This document shows positions 1-4,997 of a DNA stretch of 5,406 nucleotides, one piece after another. How positions within the stretch are numbered: position 1 is the stretch's first letter; each line of letters opens with the position of its first letter. The position numbers and the translations under genes are program-made. Origin of the DNA: a virus (lineage: Duplodnaviria > Heunggongvirae > Uroviricota > Caudoviricetes); IMG/VR virus record IMGVR_UViG_3300028532_000031, positions 1 through 5,406 of that record. One strand, given 5' to 3'. The notes below the pieces were generated by a model, which did no database searches, was not told the origin of the DNA, and worked only from the letters and a program-made list of their open reading frames with translations.

Positions 1-2
1 AT

Positions 3-1256
3 CCGGTACTGACGCGCCAGCTACTGATAGCAGGCGGTGCGTTGCTGGCAATGACTGCAACGATTGGCTCGTTGTCGCTGGTTATTGGGGTGCTTTACGG
101 GAAGCTGGCCACCCTGCGTCTTGGTTTTGACATTCTTACCCGGTCAATGAATGTCGTCAGGGTGTTGCCTGCGCTGTGGGGAATGCTGACGGGTTCCGTT
201 TCTTTACTGGGAGGCGCTATCGGGGCGCTGTTCAGTCCGGTTGGTCTTATCGTGGCTGCGCTTGCCGGAGCTGCTGTTCTTATCTGGAAATACTGGGATC
301 CCATCAGGGCATTTTTTGCCGGGGTGTTCAGCGGGATTATGGAAAGGCTGACCCCGTTGCGCGAAACCTTTGAACGGTTTGGTCCTGTTTTTGACGCAAT
401 CGGAAGCGGGATCAGCCAGGTGTTTAACTGGTTTAAATCGCTGCTGTCACCGATGGAGTCCAGCAAGGAAACGCTGGATAAATGTACCAGTGCTGGCGAG
501 ATATTCGGTAACGTTCTTGGTGGCGCGCTACAGCTTGTTCTGACGCCTGCAAAAATGTTGCTGGATACGCTGGCGTGGATACTTGAAAAACTCGGTGTGC
601 TTCCGGATGAAGCGGAAAGGGCGAGAAAGAAAATCGAAGACGCACAGCGTGCGGCCATTCTTCAGGACAAGGTTGCCTTGCTTCAGGGGGACCTGGCGAA
701 AATCAATCCGCCGAAGCCTGTGGAAAATAGCAATGGCACCGGAGGTGATAAACCCAAAGACAATAAACCGCTCACAGACAGCAATACCGGTACGCTGCGC
801 AGACTCAGCAAAATTGCTGATAACACAGGTAAGCTGGTTGATGAGACGAAAAAACGCATTGGCCCCGGCGATATTGTCTTTAAGAACCTGCCCCGCGCAC
901 TTGCTGTTCGTGGGGAGTGGCAGGAGCGGAAGATTGCGCAGGTCAGTAAGCCTGCCCCCGCAATTAATATCACACCCGTGGTCCCGGCTCCGCTGCCTCC
1001 GGCGCTGGTCCCTGTTGTTGCGGCCAGCTCCCGCCCGGTGGCGGAGGCCATACGATCGCCAGTGGCATCAGTTCCTGCAACTTCCCGTAACCGGGAGCCT
1101 GTTGCCTCCGGATTTGGCGGTGAAATTCATGTTCATCTGCATAACGTTGTTACGCAGAATCCCCGCGAACTGGCGAAACTGGTCGGTGAAATGGTCAGGG
1201 CAGAGGTGGAACGGCGCGCCCGTGCCGGACGTGGCAGTTTTTACGATAAAGATTGA
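3..1256 (+). CDS. Phage tail tape measure protein, C-terminal portion (5' end truncated by window edge)
   Basis: The reading frame is open from nt 3 with no in-frame stop before the window start, so the gene begins upstream; the ORF-track TTG at 42 is not a real start. Translation has long hydrophobic Gly/Ala/Leu segments (e.g. GAIGALFSPVGLIVAALAGAAVLIWKYW) and a Pro/Ala/Val-rich low-complexity stretch, as in tape measure proteins. It sits immediately upstream of a gpU-like gene, matching the P2 T-U order. Stop TGA at 1254-1256. Confidence 0.55.
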   Translation, partial: PVLTRQLLIAGGALLAMTATIGSLSLVIGVLYGKLATLRLGFDILTRSMNVVRVLPALWGMLTGSVSLLGGAIGALFSPVGLIVAALAGAAVLIWKYWDPIRAFFAGVFSGIMERLTPLRETFERFGPVFDAIGSGISQVFNWFKSLLSPMESSKETLDKCTSAGEIFGNVLGGALQLVLTPAKMLLDTLAWILEKLGVLPDEAERARKKIEDAQRAAILQDKVALLQGDLAKINPPKPVENSNGTGGDKPKDNKPLTDSNTGTLRRLSKIADNTGKLVDETKKRIGPGDIVFKNLPRALAVRGEWQERKIAQVSKPAPAINITPVVPAPLPPALVPVVAASSRPVAEAIRSPVASVPATSRNREPVASGFGGEIHVHLHNVVTQNPRELAKLVGEMVRAEVERRARAGRGSFYDKD

Positions 1257-1262
1257 GGAGTC

Positions 1263-1757
1263 ATGATCATGATGATGATCTACGGCATGTTTGTTTTTGA
1301 GCTGCGCACACTGCCGCATCAGCAGTTACAGCAAAACAAAAGCTGGCGGCATGTGAAAAATGAGCGCGTAAACCGCTCAGCAAGCTGGCAGTATATCGGT
1401 GCAGGTGATGATCGCATCGTGCTTTCTGGCGTGCTTTATCCTGAAATTACAGGTGGCGAAGTGTCGCTTTCGCTGCTGACCACGCAGGCATATACAGGAC
1501 GCCCCTGGCCTCTGATTGATGGTGTCGGGCAGATTTACGGCATGTATGTACTGACTGAAACGAATACGACCCGCTCCGAGTTTGATCGCTACGGTAAGGC
1601 GAAAAAGATAGAATTTTCACTGACTCTTGAACGCTGTGATGAGGATTTGCGGGAGCGCCTGCAATCCTCATCGTTCAGTGATATGCTGTCCGGCTTCAAA
1701 GATAAGGTCACATCATCCCTTAACAGCGCGGCCAGCTCCGTTAAAGGGCTGTTTTGA
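1263..1757 (+). CDS. P2 gpU-like phage tail protein
   Basis: 164-aa ORF with the pattern FVFELRTLPHQ...GAGDDRIVLSGVLYPEITGG...GRPWPLIDGVGQIYGMYVL, which I recognise as the phage P2 tail protein U family. GAGGAG at 1255-1260 is only 2 nt from the ATG at 1263, so the true start is more likely the ATG at 1269 or 1272. Stop TGA at 1755-1757. Confidence 0.7.
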   Translation: MIMMMIYGMFVFELRTLPHQQLQQNKSWRHVKNERVNRSASWQYIGAGDDRIVLSGVLYPEITGGEVSLSLLTTQAYTGRPWPLIDGVGQIYGMYVLTETNTTRSEFDRYGKAKKIEFSLTLERCDEDLRERLQSSSFSDMLSGFKDKVTSSLNSAASSVKGLF

Positions 1758-1764
1758 TTAACGC

Positions 1765-1794
1765 AAAACCGCTAATGGTCAGATTAGCGGTTTT
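1765..1794. terminator. Bidirectional intrinsic terminator hairpin between convergent gpU and invertase genes
   Basis: Perfect 12-bp inverted repeat AAAACCGCTAAT (1765-1776) / ATTAGCGGTTTT (1783-1794) around a 6-nt loop GGTCAG. On the plus strand it is followed by TTTTCATTTT; the A-run in the left arm gives a U-run for the minus-strand transcript. It starts 8 nt after the gpU stop and overlaps the invertase stop codon (1784-1786). Confidence 0.5.
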
Positions 1795-2383
1795 CATTTT
1801 CCTGAGTCTGCCTGGTTGTTTCTTCAGCCTGTATATCGCCTACAGGGTGATAACGATAAATCGTCGATATGCCGATGTCGTAAATGATCGCCAGTTGTTT
1901 CCTGTCATGACCGTTTTTAATCAGCCTCGCTATTTGCTCGTGTTGTTCTTTTGTCAACTTCGGGCGACGTCCGCCAATGCGTCCTTGTGCGCGTGCTGCT
2001 GCCAGTCCGGCCAGTGTACGCTCTACAATTAATTCACGTTCCATTTCGGCTAAAGCCCCCATGACGTGAAAAAAGAAACGCCCCATGGGTGTTGATGTGT
2101 CAATGCTGTCCGTCAGACTACGGAAATTAACACCTTTTTCCCGCAATTCCTCAATAAGCGTAATCAGGTGTTTCATACTTCTGCCCAGTCTGTCCAGCTT
2201 CCAGACAACCAGCGTATCTCCTTCTGATAGCGTTCTGAGCAGTTTTTTCAATCCCGGTCTGGCTGATTTCGTTCCGCTGATTTTATCTTCAAAAATCAGT
2301 TCACATCCTGCGCAGTTCAGTGCATTGCGTTGTAAATCCGTGTTCTGGTCATTTGTTGACACACGAATATAGCCAATTTGCAT
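1784..2383 (-). CDS. Serine DNA invertase (Hin/Gin/Cin/Pin family site-specific recombinase)
   Basis: 199-aa product starting MQIGYIRVSTNDQNTDLQRN, with the catalytic Ser in the RVSTNDQ motif, ...VVWKLDRLGRSMKHL..., ...SPMGRFFFHVMGALAEMERELI..., and a C-terminal helix-turn-helix (QLAIIYDIGISTIYRYHP). It is near-identical in pattern to Gin/Hin as I recall them. Start chosen at the ATG at 2383-2381 because AGAGGA (minus strand, 2397-2392) lies 8 nt upstream; the ORF-track extension to 2593 has no such support. Confidence 0.92.
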   Translation of the reverse strand: MQIGYIRVSTNDQNTDLQRNALNCAGCELIFEDKISGTKSARPGLKKLLRTLSEGDTLVVWKLDRLGRSMKHLITLIEELREKGVNFRSLTDSIDTSTPMGRFFFHVMGALAEMERELIVERTLAGLAAARAQGRIGGRRPKLTKEQHEQIARLIKNGHDRKQLAIIYDIGISTIYRYHPVGDIQAEETTRQTQENENR

Positions 2384-2397
2384 AAAAAACATCCTCT

Positions 2398-2961
2398 TTG
2401 TTTCGTGAAAAATACATAGTTGGTATAGGTAGGGATAAAAACGAAAACGTTGGTTTGGGGGAAGGCTCTGCGCTGCCCGTTGGAGTGCCCGTTCCATGGC
2501 CCTCAGCCACGCCGCCAACGGGGTGGCTGAAATGTAACGGCGCAGCATTTTCTTCTGAAGAATACCCGGAATTGGCAAAGGCTTACCCGACAAATAAATT
2601 GCCTGATTTACGCGGTGAATTTATCCGTGGCTGGGATGATGGGCGTGGTGTGGATGCGGGGAGAGCAATATTATCAGCTCAGGGCGATGCCATACGTAAT
2701 ATCTATGGTGAGTTCAGAACTGTAAATACTGAAAATTATTCAATATGGGAAGGAATGAGCACGTTTAAGGGGGCTGTGGTGCCTTTAAATCCCTCCACAA
2801 ACAATAGTTATTTCTCCTTAGTCAAAAGTATGGTGACTGAAAGGGCAGACGGCGCTGTTTACCCAAAAGTGATCGGCCTTGATGCTTCAAAAATTGTTCC
2901 AACTGCAAATGAAAATCGCCCACGCAACATTGCGTTTAATTACATCGTAAGGGCGGCATAA
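2398..2961 (+). CDS. Tail-fibre C-terminal cassette 1 (startless, promoterless alternative receptor-binding segment)
   Basis: No ATG or RBS; the ORF-track start is a TTG. Encodes a phage tail-collar-like region (PVGVPVPWPSATPPTGWLKCNGAAFSSEEYPELAKAYPTNKLPDLRGEFIRGWDDGRGVD), then a unique central segment, then the shared C-terminal end ENRPRNIAFNYIVRAA. The NIAFNYIVR-type end is one I recall from enterobacterial side tail fibre proteins. Confidence 0.75.
   Translation: MFREKYIVGIGRDKNENVGLGEGSALPVGVPVPWPSATPPTGWLKCNGAAFSSEEYPELAKAYPTNKLPDLRGEFIRGWDDGRGVDAGRAILSAQGDAIRNIYGEFRTVNTENYSIWEGMSTFKGAVVPLNPSTNNSYFSLVKSMVTERADGAVYPKVIGLDASKIVPTANENRPRNIAFNYIVRAA
2413..2440 (-). promoter_or_regulatory. 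Candidate sigma70 promoter for the invertase gene, adjacent to putative crossover site 1
   Basis: On the minus strand: -35-like TTTTAT (plus coordinates 2440-2435), 16-nt spacer, -10-like TATGTA (2418-2413), about 30 nt upstream of the invertase ATG. Both hexamers are weak matches; this is a by-eye call only. Confidence 0.25.
2444..2465 (+). other. Putative invertase crossover site (copy 1, invertase-proximal) containing the 22-bp motif AAAACGTTGGTTTGGGGGAAGG
   Basis: The motif recurs at the 5' boundary of every plus-strand cassette. Its right half GGTTTGGGGGAA is the reverse complement of TTCCCCCAAACC, which resembles the Hin/Gin half-site consensus TTnTCnAAAACC. The inner part AAAAC-G-TT-GGTTT is partly palindromic. 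Copy 1 carries an extra in-frame AAAACG immediately 5' of the motif. Confidence 0.45.
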
Positions 2962-2982
2962 AAACGTTGGTTTGGGGGAAGG
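2961..2982 (+). other. Putative invertase crossover site (copy 2), AAAACGTTGGTTTGGGGGAAGG
   Basis: Exact repeat of the 22-bp motif, 517 bp after copy 1. It overlaps the stop codon of cassette 1 and begins the cassette 2 reading frame. Confidence 0.45.
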
Positions 2983-3433
2983 CTCTGCGCTGCCCGTTGG
3001 TGTACCTGTTCCATGGCCCTCAGCCACACCGCCAACGGGGTGGCTAAAATGTAACGGAGCAGCATTTTCTTCTGAAAAATACCCCAAACTGGCAAAGGCT
3101 TACCCAACGTTAAAATTACCGGATTTACGGGGTGAGTTTATCCGTGGCTGGGATGACGGACGTGGTGTGGATGCCGGGCGACAATTATTATCTTCACAGG
3201 GGGATGCAATAAGAAATATTGAGGGGTTCGCAGATGGCGGGATCGGCATGTCTTTTGATGCAATCAGAGGGGCTTTTTACGATGCAGGAACACGATCTGC
3301 GAGAATGCCGAATAACACAACTGATATAGGCAAAACCGATGACCTTGGATTCGACGCCTCTCGTGTCGTGCCAACAGCTAATGAAAACCGTCCTCGTAAT
3401 ATTGCCTTTAATTATATCGTAAGGGCGGCATAA
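2972..3433 (+). CDS. Tail-fibre C-terminal cassette 2 (startless)
   Basis: Same architecture as cassette 1: conserved collar-like 5' part, divergent middle (…GFADGGIGMSFDAIRGAFYDAGTRSARMPNNTTDIGKTDDLGFDASR…), conserved end ENRPRNIAFNYIVRAA. Begins in frame within motif copy 2; the ORF-track start is a TTG. Confidence 0.75.
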   Translation: MGEGSALPVGVPVPWPSATPPTGWLKCNGAAFSSEKYPKLAKAYPTLKLPDLRGEFIRGWDDGRGVDAGRQLLSSQGDAIRNIEGFADGGIGMSFDAIRGAFYDAGTRSARMPNNTTDIGKTDDLGFDASRVVPTANENRPRNIAFNYIVRAA

Positions 3434-3454
3434 AAACGTTGGTTTAGGGGAAGG
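3433..3454 (+). other. Putative invertase crossover site (copy 3), AAAACGTTGGTTTAGGGGAAGG (one substitution)
   Basis: One-mismatch copy of the motif, 472 bp after copy 2, overlapping the stop codon of cassette 2 at the boundary with cassette 3. Confidence 0.4.
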
Positions 3455-3473
3455 TTCGGCGCTGCCTGTTGGT

Positions 3474-3911
3474 GTGGCCGTTCCATGGCCCTCAGCCACG
3501 CTGCCAGCGGGGTGGTTGAAATGTAACGGCGCAGCATTTTCTTCTGAAATGTACCCCAATCTGGCAAAGGCCTACCCCACCAATAAATTACCGGATTTAC
3601 GGGGCGAATTTATTCGCGGCTGGGATGACGGACGGGGCGTTGATAATGGGCGCAACCTACTGTCTGCACAGTCTGACGCTATTCAGAATATAGTTGGCAC
3701 TTTTGGGCGTACTCAGCTTTTTAAAGATGCGTTTAATTCAGGACCATTTAGTCAAACTGACTCTATATTATCAGTAGGCTTACAACCAACTGAGATCATT
3801 GAAGGATATGGTGCTTCTGTATGGACATTCGACGCCTCTCGCTCAGTTCGCACAGCATCTGAAACACGCCCCCATAACATTGCGTTTAATTACATCGTAA
3901 GGGCAGCATGA
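3474..3911 (+). CDS. Tail-fibre C-terminal cassette 3 (startless)
   Basis: Same architecture; divergent middle (…GTFGRTQLFKDAFNSGPFSQTDSILSVGLQPTEIIEGYGASVWTFDASR…); ends ETRPHNIAFNYIVRAA. The in-frame reading extends back through motif copy 3 (KNVGLGEGSALPVGV…); the ORF-track start is a GTG. Confidence 0.75.
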   Translation: MAVPWPSATLPAGWLKCNGAAFSSEMYPNLAKAYPTNKLPDLRGEFIRGWDDGRGVDNGRNLLSAQSDAIQNIVGTFGRTQLFKDAFNSGPFSQTDSILSVGLQPTEIIEGYGASVWTFDASRSVRTASETRPHNIAFNYIVRAA

Positions 3912-3932
3912 AAACGTTGGTTTGGGGGAAGG
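3911..3932 (+). other. Putative invertase crossover site (copy 4), AAAACGTTGGTTTGGGGGAAGG
   Basis: Exact copy of the motif, 478 bp after copy 3, overlapping the TGA stop of cassette 3 at the boundary with cassette 4. Confidence 0.45.
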
Positions 3933-4380
3933 CTCTGCGCTGCCCGTTGGTGTACCTGTTCCATGGCCCTTAGAAACACCGCCAACGGGGTGGCTGAAAT
4001 GTAACGGCGCAGCATTTTCTTCTGAAATGTATCCCAGACTGGCAAAGGCCTACCCCACCAATAAATTACCGGATTTACGGGGTGAATTTATTCGCGGCTG
4101 GGATGATGGGCGCGGGGTGGATGCCGGAAGGGGCATCTTAAGCATGCAGGGGTGGTTAACAGGAAGTCATTATCATAATATTCGGTCATGGGATGCGTGG
4201 GATAACACGGTACTGGTGCCAAATGACAAAGGAGGGGATAGTCTGTTGTCGACAGATAACGCCGTCCGGCAAGGTGCAATTAACGGTAGATTTACCAGTC
4301 AATACAGAACGGAATCCTCAGAGGGGAATGAAACCCGCCCACGCAATATTGCCTTCAATTATATTGTGAGAACCGCATAA
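3922..4380 (+). CDS. Tail-fibre C-terminal cassette 4 (startless), translationally coupled to the tail fibre assembly gene
   Basis: Same architecture; divergent aromatic/His-rich middle (…GWLTGSHYHNIRSWDAWDNTVLVPNDKGGDSLLSTDNAVRQGAINGRFTSQYR…); ends ETRPRNIAFNYIVRTA. Its TAA stop (4378-4380) overlaps the ATG of the next gene (TAATG). Confidence 0.75.
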   Translation: MGEGSALPVGVPVPWPLETPPTGWLKCNGAAFSSEMYPRLAKAYPTNKLPDLRGEFIRGWDDGRGVDAGRGILSMQGWLTGSHYHNIRSWDAWDNTVLVPNDKGGDSLLSTDNAVRQGAINGRFTSQYRTESSEGNETRPRNIAFNYIVRTA

Positions 4381-4991
4381 TGAATAACGCGATATTAAAT
4401 GATGACCTTATTGCCGTACAGGCAGGAAACATCGTCGTTTATAACTATGATGGTGAGACACGGGAATATATTTCCGAATCAACTGAATATCTTGCTGCGG
4501 GTGTCGGTATTCCGGCAAATTCCTGTTTAGATGCCCCGGGCGCACATAAAGCGGGCTATGCTATCCGCCGTTCGGAGAATTTAAATTCATGGGAGTATAC
4601 GCCAGATCATCGTGGTGAAACCGTCTATAGCACTGATACGGGAAACACCGAAGAAATCACGACGCTGGGTGACTACCCGAAAAATACAACCACTATCGCC
4701 CCGTTAACACCATACGATAAATGGGATGGTGAAAAATGGGTGACGGATACCGAGGCACAGCATAGCGCCGCAGTAGAAGCGGCAGAAACACAGCGCCAGT
4801 CGCTGATTGATACTGCAATGGCTTCCATTAGTCTGATTCAGTTGAAGTTGCAGGCCGGGCGGAAGTTGACGCAGGCAGAAACCACCCGGCTTAACGCCGT
4901 GCTGGATTATATAGACGCACTGAACGCAATGGATATAAACATGGCATCAGATATCAACTGGCCGGAAATACCACTGGCAGCAGCCAGTTGA
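4380..4991 (+). CDS. Tail fibre assembly protein (Tfa chaperone; P2 gpG / Mu U-like role)
   Basis: 203-aa ORF directly downstream of and overlapping a tail-fibre cassette, the classic fibre-chaperone position. The C-terminus has the Tfa-like …DINWPEIP… pattern. Family assignment is from position and recalled motif, not a search. Confidence 0.65.
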   Translation: MNNAILNDDLIAVQAGNIVVYNYDGETREYISESTEYLAAGVGIPANSCLDAPGAHKAGYAIRRSENLNSWEYTPDHRGETVYSTDTGNTEEITTLGDYPKNTTTIAPLTPYDKWDGEKWVTDTEAQHSAAVEAAETQRQSLIDTAMASISLIQLKLQAGRKLTQAETTRLNAVLDYIDALNAMDINMASDINWPEIPLAAAS

Positions 4992-4997
4992 ATATAA

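Noticed and set aside
95-1319. ORFs overlapping the tape measure gene (95-658 minus, 176-373 plus, 433-645 minus, 583-1266 plus, 683-1051 minus, 1068-1319 minus)
   Set aside because: Alternative-frame or antisense ORFs inside a GC-rich coding region with biased, low-complexity translations (Ser/Arg/Pro-rich); no independent support.
2192-2290. Fis-bound recombinational enhancer inside the invertase 5' coding region (G-N13-C 15-mers at about 2192-2206, 2239-2253 and 2276-2290)
   Set aside because: An enhancer is expected here by analogy with Gin/Hin, but G-N13-C matches arise by chance and the spacings I found (about 37 and 47 bp) do not cleanly reproduce the canonical arrangement. Not supportable without footprinting or a proper alignment.
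1754-2372. Plus-strand ORFs 1754-2032 and 2085-2372
   Set aside because: Both lie wholly antisense to the well-supported invertase gene and have no RBS or recognisable motifs; they are frame artefacts.
2384-2593. N-terminal extension of the invertase ORF (ORF track gives 269 aa starting at 2593)
   Set aside because: The family start motif MxIGYIRVSTNDQ begins at the ATG at 2383 with an AGAGGA RBS 8 nt upstream. The extension would read antisense through crossover site 1 and cassette 1 and has no support.
2398-3924. TTG/GTG codons at 2398, 2972, 3474 and 3922 as genuine cassette start codons
   Set aside because: None has a plausible Shine-Dalgarno sequence, and the conserved coding frame continues upstream of each through the 22-bp motif. 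They are better explained as internal codons of fusion cassettes.
2444-3932. CRISPR array (regularly spaced short direct repeats)
   Set aside because: The units between repeats are about 470-520 bp of protein-coding sequence with long mutual homology, not 30-40-bp unique spacers, and the repeat lies within a conserved reading frame.
1447-4279. Minus-strand ORFs antisense to gpU (1447-1671) and inside the cassette array (2887-3087, 3194-3559, 4088-4279)
   Set aside because: Antisense to supported coding frames; two of them share sequence with each other only because they read through the conserved cassette flanks on the wrong strand.
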